A DNA stretch of 64,000 nt, taken from an uncultured Gemmatimonadales bacterium (GTDB taxonomy: Bacteria; Gemmatimonadota; Gemmatimonadetes; Gemmatimonadales; GWC2-71-9). Made by a program: the position numbers and the translations under genes. Below, in pieces: positions 1 to 8,729 of this stretch; the first letter of the stretch is position 1, and each line of letters opens with the position of its first letter. The stretch is taken from positions 672,001 to 736,000 of the forward strand of contig CAVZZO010000001.1 in assembly GCA_963779755.1 (NCBI GenBank), read 5' to 3'. The notes under the pieces were generated by a model. That model had not been told where the DNA came from. It saw only the letters and a program-made list of their open reading frames with translations, and ran no database searches.

Positions 1-396
1 ACCCCGGATGTAGCACAGCCGGTAGATATCCTGGTACTGGACCACCTGGCCGACCAGCTCCGCACCCCGCCGGCGGAGCCTGACGAGCGTCTCGTCGAGG
101 TCGTCCACAGTGAACATGACGCGCAGGTAGCCGAGCGCGTTCACCGGGGCGTTCCGGTGATCGGCGACGACGGGCGGGGTGAGGAATCGCGAAAGCTCGA
201 GCCGACTGTGGCCGTCTGGGGTGACCAGCATGGCGATCTCGACGCGCTGGGACCCCAGTCCGGTGACGCGCCCGGCCCACTCTCCTTCGATCGTGGCGCG
301 CCCCTCGAGTGTCAGGCCGAGCTCGAGGAAGAATGGGATCGCGGCATCGAGGGATTCTACCACGATGCCTACGTTGTCCATCCGCTTGAGAGTCAT
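1..396 (-). CDS. VOC/glyoxalase family protein (3' end outside window)
   Basis: Manual translation: MTLKRMDNVGIVVESLDAAIPFFLELGL...WAGRVTGLGSQRVEIAML...GYLRVMFTVDD...YRLCYIRG. Confidence 0.9.
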   Translation of the reverse strand, partial: MTLKRMDNVGIVVESLDAAIPFFLELGLTLEGRATIEGEWAGRVTGLGSQRVEIAMLVTPDGHSRLELSRFLTPPVVADHRNAPVNALGYLRVMFTVDDLDETLVRLRRRGAELVGQVVQYQDIYRLCYIRG

Positions 397-538
397 GTCA
401 TCCCCGCTTTATGACCGAAACGCCCGGCATGGCGTTTGTCATGGCGTCCAGAGTGTTCAGGGTCGGTTGCGCGGCGCGAGATGACGTATGACTCCAGGCG
501 CAACCTGGCGCCGCGACAACTGCACCCGAATCTTTGCA

Positions 539-1183
539 TCACCGGCCAGGATTCCAGGTGCCACGATTGAGACCGGCTGTTCTACCGTCACTCAGTGTGC
601 CCTGAGGTGCGGCCTGCAGCGAGCCGACGTGCCGGTAGGTGTTAAAGAGCACGCCCGTCGGCGTGGCCTTGGTACTGACGAGAGTGAGCGCGCGCGCGTC
701 GACCCGGTCCGAGAAGAAGCATTTGCCCCGGCCCAGCAGGACCGGATAGACCAGCAGTACCACGTCGTCAACCAGTCCCTGTTCGAGCAGCGTCGATGTC
801 AGGGTGGAGCTGCCCCAGAGAACGAGGTCCGGGCCGTCCTTCGACTTGATGCGGCGCACGCCGGCGACGAGGTCCGGTCCAACGCCCTCGAAGGGGCCCC
901 ATTCAAGACTCTCCGGACGGTGGGTAGCGACATATTTCGTTGCCGCATTGAGGCCGTCCGCGAGCGGACTGCTTGGCGCCTTTGGCCAGAAGCGCGACCA
1001 GATATCGTAGGTGCGACGGCCAAGCAGCAGATCGAAGCTCGTTCCATGCGCGGCGACGATTGCGTCCCGGCCAGCCGGGGTCCGATAGGGCGCTTTCCAG
1101 TCGCCGTAGGGGAAGCCGTCCTCGCCGGAGGCCTGAATCACGCCGTCCAGCGAGATGTGTTCGATGATTCTGAGCCTTCTCAT
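539..1183 (-). CDS. Dihydrofolate reductase-like (RibD C-terminal domain) protein
   Basis: EHISLDGVIQ, LLLGRRTY, LWGSSTL, PVLLGRGK motifs. Confidence 0.9.
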   Translation of the reverse strand: MRRLRIIEHISLDGVIQASGEDGFPYGDWKAPYRTPAGRDAIVAAHGTSFDLLLGRRTYDIWSRFWPKAPSSPLADGLNAATKYVATHRPESLEWGPFEGVGPDLVAGVRRIKSKDGPDLVLWGSSTLTSTLLEQGLVDDVVLLVYPVLLGRGKCFFSDRVDARALTLVSTKATPTGVLFNTYRHVGSLQAAPQGTLSDGRTAGLNRGTWNPGR

Positions 1184-1339
1184 GTGAGTCTCCGTCCGTG
1201 AGTTGAGGAACCTCCAACCCGACGACGAACGGAGCCTGCGGAAATCGACACGCCGATTGGACCGGCCAGGACGGCTGAGGCTGCGTTACAGGGTGCGCCG
1301 ACCGTCATGTACTCGACGTGGATGGTGGTGTCAGGTGCT

Positions 1340-1651
1340 GCCTGACGGCCTGCCCTCAGCGGCAGCAGCCTGATCGGTTCAACCAGCGAAGGCTGCCGCC
1401 CCGGCAGCTGGAAGCGCAGGTAGGGGGGGCTGAGCGCCCGCTGGGTTGCAGGGCCGACGAAGCCCAGGGTGGCGAGATCATACCCGGAAGCAACGGCGTG
1501 GCCGAACCTACGTGAACGGGGAACGTGCGGGCATAGGCAGACTTTTCGTCGGGGGTCATGGCGCGGCTCCGGGTGGAGGGAATCACAGGAGTCGCGGAAG
1601 GAGCTACGGGCCGCGCAGCGGCGTCAAGCGGGTATAGATGTCTAGTTAGGC
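1340..1651 (-). other. attC site interrupted by mini-IS110 element; R' degenerate (GTCAGGC)
   Basis: R'' GCCTAAC at 1645-1651; the rest (CTGCG CTTCCAGC...GCTGAGG...GTCAGGC) resumes at 1419-1340. Confidence 0.7.
1420..1644 (-). mobile_element. Non-autonomous ~225-bp IS110 derivative (MITE-like)
   Basis: 1507-1644 matches the left end of the IS110 at 14651-14788; ends in CCTAC like the full element. Confidence 0.75.
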
Positions 1652-1665
1652 GGCAATGGTCAGCT

Positions 1666-2046
1666 TCAGGTCATCAAGGCCCGGATGTGCTGGCCGACCA
1701 CAAGGAGTTGGTCCGAGTCCATTGACCCTAGGACGCGGCGGGCTACAGGCCCCATGAGGCGACGAATGCCGCCGAGACCCATCTTCGTAGTCTGTGAGGC
1801 GACGAGTCCGGCCTTCGCCTCCTGGACGGGCTTGAGGAAGTAGTAGTCCAGGCCAGTCTCGGTGAGATCGAGGACGATTTCTGCCAGTTGATCGCAATGG
1901 TTTGTCGCATCCTCGGCGGCCTCCAACGCGTCCAGCACTTTCAGCGTCTTGGTCCGGAGCGCTCTCGAGTAGTAGAAGCGGAGTGAGGGGAGACCTGGGG
2001 GCACGGCCTCCTCATGGGGTCCTGTCCGGTCGGCGGCGCGTTTCAT
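1666..2046 (-). CDS. Hypothetical protein (cassette gene)
   Basis: 126-aa ORF ending just before attC R''. Confidence 0.75.
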   Translation of the reverse strand: MKRAADRTGPHEEAVPPGLPSLRFYYSRALRTKTLKVLDALEAAEDATNHCDQLAEIVLDLTETGLDYYFLKPVQEAKAGLVASQTTKMGLGGIRRLMGPVARRVLGSMDSDQLLVVGQHIRALMT

Positions 2047-2396
2047 GTAATCCCCACGAGGCTAGGGTAGGTGGCGGATCCGAGGCTCGCCTCAGCACTG
2101 GGTTCGACTCAGCACCGTCCCAGCCTGGAGGCTCGCTGGGCACCCTCAGGTCGCAGAAGAGCCTTGCGCGGAAGGATATCGGGAGGGACATGAGCGAAGG
2201 ATGAAGGCGCAAGGAAAAACGCTACGAGCTCGCCAGGTGCGTGTGGGAACATGGCCACCTATCGCTGCGGCAGCTCTGCTGCGGCGTTTTTCGGCAGCGC
2301 GGCGCGGTGCTGGCACGGCTGCACAGTGCGCCCCGTGGAGGACTGGGCGACTGGATCGGTGTGCGCAGCCGAGCCAATTGCCGGCAATCCCACCGG

Positions 2397-2948
2397 TCAA
2401 AACACCACTGCCAAGGCCATGCCAATTCTGGCCCCCGCCAGTGGCCTCAGGCTGACCCGTAGGCGCTCGAGCGGGATCTCCTGCCAGCCCTCGGTCCGGA
2501 TCAGCCCGCCGACAATGGCGCCCAGCCCGGCCCCAGCTACCCCTCCAAGAGCCGTCAGACCGATGCACTCGGCCGAGGCCATTGCGTCCTGATTCGCCGA
2601 CTGATCGCAGGGGCTGGTGGAACCGCCTGTGTATAGCACGGCGGCCGCAACGCCTCCCCCGACCAGTAGGCCGATGCCAGCACCGAAAAGAGCGTGCGAC
2701 TTGCGGCCCTGGCTAAGGTCAACCTGGTTCACAGACGCGAGCGAGACGCGCCAAGTATCCTTGCTGTCCTGGACCACAAGCGAGTCAGCCGTAAGTGCCA
2801 CGAAAGTGCCGACGAAAGGGCTACCTGGCACGCTTGGTGCGACAACCCGCACCCGGTCTCCGGCCTTCACGGCAGGTGCCTCCTGCGCTGCGACCGTAAC
2901 GAGTGGGGCGACAACGAGGCCGATGACCATACGTGTGCGGAGGCGCAT
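2397..2948 (-). CDS. Hypothetical exported protein with Gly-zipper-like hydrophobic segments (cassette gene)
   Basis: Signal-peptide-like N-terminus; GAGIGLLVGGG and GGVAGAGLGAIVG segments. Confidence 0.75.
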   Translation of the reverse strand: MRLRTRMVIGLVVAPLVTVAAQEAPAVKAGDRVRVVAPSVPGSPFVGTFVALTADSLVVQDSKDTWRVSLASVNQVDLSQGRKSHALFGAGIGLLVGGGVAAAVLYTGGSTSPCDQSANQDAMASAECIGLTALGGVAGAGLGAIVGGLIRTEGWQEIPLERLRVSLRPLAGARIGMALAVVF

Positions 2949-2985
2949 GGAGGGCCTCTTTCCCTGGGTGGATGCTCCTACCGCA

Positions 2986-3049
2986 GCCTAACGCTCGGGT
3001 TCAGTGGCGGGCCGCGCAGCGGACCGTTCGCTGCCACCCGTTGTTAGCC
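2986..3049 (-). other. attC site (64 bp, canonical)
   Basis: GGCTAAC-AACGG-GTGGCAGC...ACTGAAC-CCGAGC-GTTAGGC; upstream gene stop lies in R''. Confidence 0.9.
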
Positions 3050-3604
3050 GCGCGTGCGCCGGTAGTGCATAGCGACTGCGCCGCTGCGGAGCGGATTGGC
3101 CGAGACCAGTTCGAGAAGTCGCGTGCTGGGCAGCCCGCTCTGGTACAGTGTCGGGCCATGGCCGGCGATCCTGGGGTGGACGAGGAACTGGTACTCGTCG
3201 ATCAGATCCAGCCGGTCCAGCTCGGTCGCGAGCTTGCCGCTACCGAGGAGCACGCCGGCAGGGGTCGCATCCTTGAGATTCTGCAGGCTCGTGCGTAAGT
3301 CACCGGCGATGTGGTGGCTGTTGGTCCACGGGAAGTCGGTTCGCGTCGACGACACCACGTACTTCGGCTTGGCCTCCAGCTTGACCGCCCACTCGCGCAT
3401 CGCTGGCGGTGCCTCTTCGTCGCCGCGAGCGACCGCCGGCCAGTAGCCCTCCATCATCTCGTACGTGACGCGGCCCCACAGCATCGCCCCGCTCTCATCC
3501 ATGAGGCTGGTGAAGAAAGCGTGTGTCTCGTGGTCGGCGATTCCCTCCTGGTGGTCGACGCAGCCGTCCAGGGTTACGTTGAGGCTGAAGGTTAGAAGTC
3601 CCAT
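3044..3604 (-). CDS. Dihydrofolate reductase-like (RibD C-terminal domain) protein
   Basis: NVTLDGCVD, MLWGRVTYEMM, LLGSGKLA, HPRIAGHG. Confidence 0.9.
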   Translation of the reverse strand: MGLLTFSLNVTLDGCVDHQEGIADHETHAFFTSLMDESGAMLWGRVTYEMMEGYWPAVARGDEEAPPAMREWAVKLEAKPKYVVSSTRTDFPWTNSHHIAGDLRTSLQNLKDATPAGVLLGSGKLATELDRLDLIDEYQFLVHPRIAGHGPTLYQSGLPSTRLLELVSANPLRSGAVAMHYRRTRG

Positions 3605-3666
3605 GCGATCTTACTCCGAGTTTGCCATCCCGCTGGATTGTCGCTTGTCGACGAGTACCTCGCTGC

Positions 3667-3700
3667 GGCTGACGCTCGACATCACCGGGCCGCCGGACTG
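3667..3700 (-). other. Half/degenerate attC (right arm only; R' GTCAGCC)
   Basis: GGTGATGTCGAGC-GTCAGCC; R' matches the GGCTAAC R'' of the downstream cassette apart from T>C; no left arm found. Confidence 0.45.
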
Positions 3701-3728
3701 AGCCTGCGGCTTTTTAGTAGGACTAAAA

Positions 3729-4752
3729 CTAGAGAATCCCGCTCTCCTTGAGCCAGTTCTCTACAAGCGAAGGCCACATCGCCACCGGATGTTCTGTGCG
3801 CCTCAGTCCGAAGGCGTGCCCGCCCTTGGTAAAGAGATGGACCTCTGCCGGGACGCCCGCATCATCAAGGGCGCGCGCGTAAACCGTGCTGTTGCAGATT
3901 TCGTCCACGGGGTCATCCCACGCCTGCAACAGGAACGTCGGCGGCGTCTGCGTTGTGACGTGTATGCCGGGGTCGAGGGTGGCACCATCGCGGCACAGGT
4001 GACCCGGGTAAAGCGCGACGGCGAAGTCAGGGCGGCTACTTAGTTTGTCTGCCGCATCCACCGGCTTGTATGTGGGCTCGAATATGTTGCTGGTCTGCGC
4101 GACCAGATAGCCGCCTGCCGAGAAGCCGATCACCCCAATCTTGTTGGGATCAAGGTTCAACTCCTTCGCCCTGGCGCGAACGAGCCTGATCGTTCTTTGC
4201 GCGTCCTGAAGTGCGCGGGGACCTTGGGTGTGATGTGGCAATGGCAATCCTTGTCCCAGTAGTGATTGCTTTTGGGAACGCGATACTTGAGCAAGACGCA
4301 CGTGATGCCTTTGGCGGTCATCCAGTCACATATTTCAGTCCCTTCAAGGTCCATAGCCAAAAGCCGGAATCCGCCGCCGGGGAAAACCACCATTGACGCG
4401 CCGGTATTCCTGCCCACGGGTGGAAAGACCGTCATGGTCGGAGAAGTTACGTCATAGGCTGCGGTCCAAGGGCGCCCCGCGACGACATCCGGGGCTTTCG
4501 TGACTTCAACTCTCTCGGCCGGTTGAGAGACGCCTTCCATATCCGGCGCACCCTTCGGCCAGATCGGGATTTGTTCCAATCCTGAAGGCGGCTGCCAGAC
4601 GCCGGCCTTCCCGACATCCGTTTGTTGCCGGTCTGATGTCGTCGGCCTAGTCGCTTGCGCCGGCTCGGCCCAAGGTTTGTGCATCACGGCGACGCCACCC
4701 GCCAAGCCCGACAACCCCAAGGCGCATAATAGGCATGAGCAAAGGTCGGCAC
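3729..4752 (-). pseudogene. Alpha/beta hydrolase (xylanase/esterase-like), frameshifted
   Basis: VFPGGGF and GFSAGG (GxSxG) motifs split over ORFs 4157-4720 and 3729-4301; AGGAGG RBS before GTG at 4752; may be an assembly error. Confidence 0.8.
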
Positions 4753-4839
4753 ACTATCGACTCCTCCTTGACTCAACGGGCGTTGGCGGCGATTCCCGAT
4801 GGTTCGCAAAAGAACGATCGCAAGGAAGGCTATTCCGCA

Positions 4840-4880
4840 GGCTAACGCAGATTGGACCTGCAGGAACCACGTCCCCCCCA
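4840..4880 (-). other. attI site of integron B
   Basis: GTTAGCC core; flank (attggacctgc...gaaatt.atctta...cacaacat) homologous to the attI region at 18718-18806. Confidence 0.75.
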
Positions 4881-4894
4881 GCCATCCCGAAATT

Positions 4895-4923
4895 ATCTTA
4901 GGGGCCGCCACCTGAATTCACAA
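4895..4923 (-). promoter_or_regulatory. Putative Pc promoter of integron B
   Basis: TTGTGA-17 bp-TAAGAT, conserved with 18776-18804. Confidence 0.65.
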
Positions 4924-5000
4924 CATTGCCAACCGGCCCCGCCGCCGGCAGGTCCGCCGGGCTCCGTATACCCTGGCCGCCACGGTTGAGGACGTGGGTA
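4898..5000 (-). pseudogene. intI: 3' remnant of a second integron integrase
   Basis: Translates to [17 protein letters not shown]..., versus [18 protein letters not shown] in the intact IntI. Confidence 0.85.
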
Positions 5001-5004
5001 TTTT

Positions 5005-5049
5005 TTCACTTCAGTGATAAGCCTGGCCGAGACCCGGCTTCAGCCGAGG
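5005..5049. repeat. REP-like double hairpin, copy 1
   Basis: CACTTCAGTG...CCGAGAC(C/T)CGGCTTCAGCCGAG; also at 7000 and 8455. Confidence 0.8.
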
Positions 5050-5054
5050 TCCTC

Positions 5055-5113
5055 CATCATGGCGATCTCGACCCGCTGGCCGTGCAGACCGGTGACGCCG
5101 TCCGCCCAGTCGC
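5055..5113 (-). pseudogene. Short internal fragment of a VOC family gene
   Basis: WADGVTGLHGQRVEIAMM resembles WAGRVTGLGSQRVEIAML of the gene at 1-396. Confidence 0.65.
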
Positions 5114-5149
5114 TGAGCGCAGCGAAGCGGCCGGAGCCCGTTCCGCCCG

Positions 5150-5746
5150 TCACCCGGCGGGCATCCCTTCGCTCCGGGCGCGGGCCAGCAGGTCGTCCAC
5201 ACCCAGGCGCGGCGCCCAGGACTCGAGCCGAGTCCAGTCGAGCCGGGCGCCCTGGGCCCGGATAATCCCGATCACGTCGCGCCACTGCCGTTCCGAGACC
5301 TCGCCACCTCGCCGGTACCACTCCAGCTTCCGCAGGATGGTATCCTCGGCGCTGTCAATCGCGAGGGTGGATCCGGGGCTTTCCCCGAACCGCTGGCGGA
5401 TGCCGCGGGCGATGCGTTCGGCATCGAACGGATCCGTCCCCGCGACGAACAGATCAGCCTTCACCGCCGTCGCCAGGTGGACGACATTGAACGCACCGCC
5501 GGTGCCTGCGGCCTCCCGTGCGGCAGCGGTGCTGACGTAGTAGCCCTGGCCCAGGGCGCGGACGAGGGGGTCCACCTGTTCCGGGGTGAGCGCCACCACC
5601 AGGTCCACATCATTGGTGGACCGGGGCTCGCCGTGGAAGGAGCTGGCCAGCGAGCCGCCCGCGACATAGGGAATGCCGAGCCGGTCGAGATGGCCCGCCA
5701 GCTCGAGAGCGACGCAGAGGAAATCGGGGAGCTGGTCAGGCGCCAT
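5150..5746 (-). CDS. Nucleotidyltransferase-family protein (putative TA toxin)
   Basis: GGSLASSFHGEPRSTNDVDL motif; KLEWYRRGGEVSERQWRDV. Confidence 0.85.
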   Translation of the reverse strand: MAPDQLPDFLCVALELAGHLDRLGIPYVAGGSLASSFHGEPRSTNDVDLVVALTPEQVDPLVRALGQGYYVSTAAAREAAGTGGAFNVVHLATAVKADLFVAGTDPFDAERIARGIRQRFGESPGSTLAIDSAEDTILRKLEWYRRGGEVSERQWRDVIGIIRAQGARLDWTRLESWAPRLGVDDLLARARSEGMPAG

Positions 5747-6005
5747 CGGCGGGCGCCCGCCACCCGTAGGCACGCTGGACCACTTCCGGTCCCAGGCGGA
5801 GGGCCGCTAGGCGCAGCAGCAGTTCGGGCTCGGAGGCCGTGGGGAACCGGCGGCGGAGTCCCGCGAGCGCCAGCTCGTTCGCCGCCCGGGCAAGATCCCG
5901 CGCCCGTTCCAGCCGGCCCGTCGGAGACAGGCCGGCCACGGCAGTGTTGTAGATGCGGGCCGCGTCAGGTGAGGTGTCGGAGATGCCGCGGGAACGGTCG
6001 GGCAT
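5736..6005 (-). CDS. Small partner protein of the nucleotidyltransferase (putative antitoxin)
   Basis: 89 aa, DTSPDA...LAGLRRRFP; overlaps the downstream start. Confidence 0.75.
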   Translation of the reverse strand: MPDRSRGISDTSPDAARIYNTAVAGLSPTGRLERARDLARAANELALAGLRRRFPTASEPELLLRLAALRLGPEVVQRAYGWRAPADGA

Positions 6006-6159
6006 GGGGGGAAATATAGGGTTTGTGTCGGTTCCTGTCCCGCTTAGGGCCGGAGAAAGAGCACGCCGTCATTGCGAGGGCGCGCAGCGCCCGTGGCAAT
6101 CCCACCGCTTCCGGCGGGGAGCTCCCCACCTCACCGCTTGCTCCTCACGCTCACCGCCG

Positions 6160-6940
6160 ACCTAACCCCCTGTCCCCCTTCCCTGTTGGGAAGGGGGGAC
6201 CGGGACGACCAGTTCGAAGAGAAGGGGGAACCGGGACGGCCGATGTAAAAGAGGCTGTCACCCTGAGGCCGCGCCAGCGGCTGAAGGGGCCGAAGCTGGA
6301 GGATGGCTTCGGTCCCTTCGCTGCGCTCAGGGTGACAACCCCCTGTCCCCCTTCCCTGTTGGAAAGGGGGGACCGGGACGGGCGGTGCGAAAGGGCTGTC
6401 ACCCTGAGGCCGCATCAGCGGCCGAAGGGGCCGAAGCTGGAGGATGGCTTCGGTCCCTTCGCTGCGCTCAGGGTGACCTAACCCCCTGTCCCCCTTCCCT
6501 GTTGGGAAGGGGGGACCGGGACGACCAGTTCGAAGAGAAGGGGGAACCGGGACGGCCGGTGTAAAAGAGGCTGTCACCCTGAGGCCGCACGTGCGGCCGA
6601 AGGGGCCGAAGCTGGAGGATGGCTTCGGTCCCTTCGCTGCGCTCAGGGTGACCTAACCCCCTGTCCCCCTTCCCTGTTGGGAAGGGGGAACCGGGACGGC
6701 CGGTGCGAAAGGGCTGTCACCCTGAGGCCGCATCAGCGGCCGAAGGGGCCGAAGCTGAAGGACGGTTTCGGTCCCTTCGCTGCGCTCAGGGTGACCTAAC
6801 CCCCTGTCCCCCTTCCCTGTTGGGAAGGGGGAACCGGGACGGCCGGTGTAAAAGAGGCTGTCACCCTGAGGCCGCACGTGCGGCCGAAGGGGCCGAAGTT
6901 GAAGGATGGTTTTCGGCCCCTTCGCTGCGCTCAGGGTGAC
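6160..6940. repeat. Tandem array of ~5 composite palindromic (REP-like) units, ~140-175 bp
   Basis: TGTCACCCTGAG...CTCAGGGTGAC alternating with CCCCTTCCCTGTTGGGAAGGGG hairpins. Confidence 0.9.
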
Positions 6941-6999
6941 ATTACGCGCGCCGCCGGCGCTCATTGCCCGGGCGCGAGAGACACCCAGCGCCGCGATCC

Positions 7000-7043
7000 T
7001 TCACTTCAGTGATAAACCCGCCGAGACTCGGCTTCAGCCGAGG
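7000..7043. repeat. REP-like double hairpin, copy 2
   Basis: tcacttcagtgataaacccgccgagactcggcttcagccgagg. Confidence 0.8.
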
Positions 7044-7082
7044 GAAAGATCCCCTTGCGTGCCGCGAAACCCTGCCATTAAG

Positions 7083-7106
7083 ATACTGAACCATATGGTT
7101 CAGTAT
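7083..7106. promoter_or_regulatory. Perfect 24-bp palindrome, probable ArsR operator over the start codon
   Basis: ATACTGAACCATATGGTTCAGTAT. Confidence 0.75.
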
Positions 7107-7460
7107 AACACGACCCGGCTTGATACTGCGTTCGCCGCGCTCTCGGACCCCACGCGGCGCGGCGTGCTGGAGCAGCTCGGCCGAGCCGACGCTTCGATCA
7201 CGGACCTGGCCGGGAAGTTCCAGATGACGCTCACGGGCATGAAGAAGCACGTCGGCGTGCTGGAGCAGGCGGGGCTCGTCACCACGAAGAAGATCGGGCG
7301 GGTGCGGACCTGCCGGTTGGGACCGCGGCGACTGGAGGAAGAGGCGGCGTGGCTTGAGCGGTACCGCCGGCGCTGGGACGCACGCTTTGACGAGCTGGAC
7401 AGGGTGGTCGAGGAACTTACCCGAAAGGAGCAGAGCGATGAACGCAAGAACCGGAAGTGA
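7095..7460 (+). CDS. ArsR/SmtB family transcriptional regulator
   Basis: FAALSDPTRRGVL...KHVGVLEQAGLV...GRVRTC. Confidence 0.92.
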   Translation: MVQYNTTRLDTAFAALSDPTRRGVLEQLGRADASITDLAGKFQMTLTGMKKHVGVLEQAGLVTTKKIGRVRTCRLGPRRLEEEAAWLERYRRRWDARFDELDRVVEELTRKEQSDERKNRK

Positions 7461-7941
7461 ACCCGGCGCCGGGAAGCACCGCACGGCGGTGGAACGGAAG
7501 TCGGACCGCGAGCTGGCGGTGACGCGCACGTTCGATGCGCCGGTGCGCATCGTCTTCGAAGCCTGGAGCAAGCCCGAATTGTTCCAGCGCTGGTGGGTCC
7601 CGAAATCGGCGCCCCTGACGCTGCTCTCCTGCGAGATGGATGTGCGCACCGGGGGCGGGTATCGCCTGGTGTTCCGCCATCCCGCCTCCAATGAGCCGAT
7701 GGCGTTCTTCGGAACGTACAAAGACGTCGTGCCCAACAAGCGGATCGTCTGGACCAACGAAGAAAGCGATCAGGGTGCCGTGACCACGGTGACGTTCGAA
7801 GAAGATGCAGGCAAGACGCTGGTCACCCTGCACGAACGTTACCCCACGACCGCGGCGCTCGAGGAAGCCCTCGCCGGTTCGGCGGAAGGCCTGCCCGAAC
7901 AGTTCGCGCAGCTGGATGAGTTGCTCGCAGGAAGACTGTGA
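7438..7941 (+). CDS. SRPBCC/AHSA1 family protein
   Basis: VTRTFDAPVRIVFEAWSKPEL..WW, EMDVRTGGGYR. Confidence 0.92.
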   Translation: MNARTGSEPGAGKHRTAVERKSDRELAVTRTFDAPVRIVFEAWSKPELFQRWWVPKSAPLTLLSCEMDVRTGGGYRLVFRHPASNEPMAFFGTYKDVVPNKRIVWTNEESDQGAVTTVTFEEDAGKTLVTLHERYPTTAALEEALAGSAEGLPEQFAQLDELLAGRL

Positions 7942-8027
7942 CCACACCGCGGCCAACGGCACCGCCGAGCCGGCCAGGCCGGCGCGAGGTGAGGACGCTA
8001 TGCAGAGACGCGATTTCCTGAAGACGC

Positions 8028-8400
8028 GCTCAGGGTGACCTGACCCCCCTGTCGCCCCTTCCCTGTCGGGAAGGGGGAACCGGCGCCGGAAACCCCGTCG
8101 TCCCGAACCCCGCGAGCAACGCGAGCGGGTGAGGGACCTGATGCGCGTGTCTGGAGGGCCGGCCACAGCGTTCCGGGTGCCTTGCCTGGCGTCCGAAGCG
8201 CGTGAAGCATATCCCTCTCTCGCTGCGCTCGCTCGGGATGACAGGCGCCCTTGAGCCAAGGGAGGGAGCCGCCTTGCGGCGGGGGCCACGCTTCGCTTGT
8301 CACCCTGAGGCCGCGCAAGCGCCCGAAGGGGCCGATGCTGAAGGCATGATTTCGGCCCCTTCGCTGCGCTCAGGGTGACATTACGCGCGGGCGCCGGCGC
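8028..8400. repeat. Degenerate copies of the 6160-6940 REP-like units
   Basis: ctcagggtgacc, cccttccctgtcgggaagggg, gtcaccctgagg...ctcagggtgaca. Confidence 0.75.
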
Positions 8401-8454
8401 TCATTTCCCTGGCGCCTGGCGCAGTCACCAGCGCCTCCGAAGTCGATCCACCAC

Positions 8455-8497
8455 TTCACTTCAGTGAAAAAGCGCCGAGACTCGGCTTCAGCCGAGG
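8455..8497. repeat. REP-like double hairpin, copy 3
   Basis: tcacttcagtgaaaaagcgccgagactcggcttcagccgagg. Confidence 0.8.
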
Positions 8498-8498
8498 G

Positions 8499-8699
8499 GC
8501 GGCCGACGCCGACGCCATCCGGCCCGAGCACATGGTGGAGTTCTGGAAGGCCCTGGGCGGCGGCCGGCGCGATGCCGGGCTCGACGGCTCCCAGCGGCCC
8601 GCCGGCCAGCTCGCCATCGTGCCGGACACCACCCACTACTCGATTCCTGTGGATCCGATGCTGCCGGAGGTCGTCGAGCGGTTCCTCGGAATCGGATAG
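8499..8699 (+). pseudogene. C-terminal fragment of an alpha/beta hydrolase
   Basis: AADADAIRPEHMVEFWKALGGGRRDAGLDG...LAIVPDTTHY...ERFLGIG*; no start codon. Confidence 0.7.
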
Positions 8700-8729
8700 A
8701 AGGCGGTTGCCCTGGGTGAGAGCTTGGGG

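Noticed and set aside
455..535. attC-like hairpin between the DHFR-like and VOC genes
   Set aside because: The stem is present but no AAC or GTT core boxes are; at most an eroded attC, so not called.
2095..2120. GGTTCGACTC resembling a tRNA T-loop
   Set aside because: No proper T-stem or cloverleaf around it.
3712..3728. TCCTACTA match to the IS110 donor junction near the half attC
   Set aside because: Only 8 nt and explained by a local TTTTAGT/ACTAAAA hairpin; could be chance.
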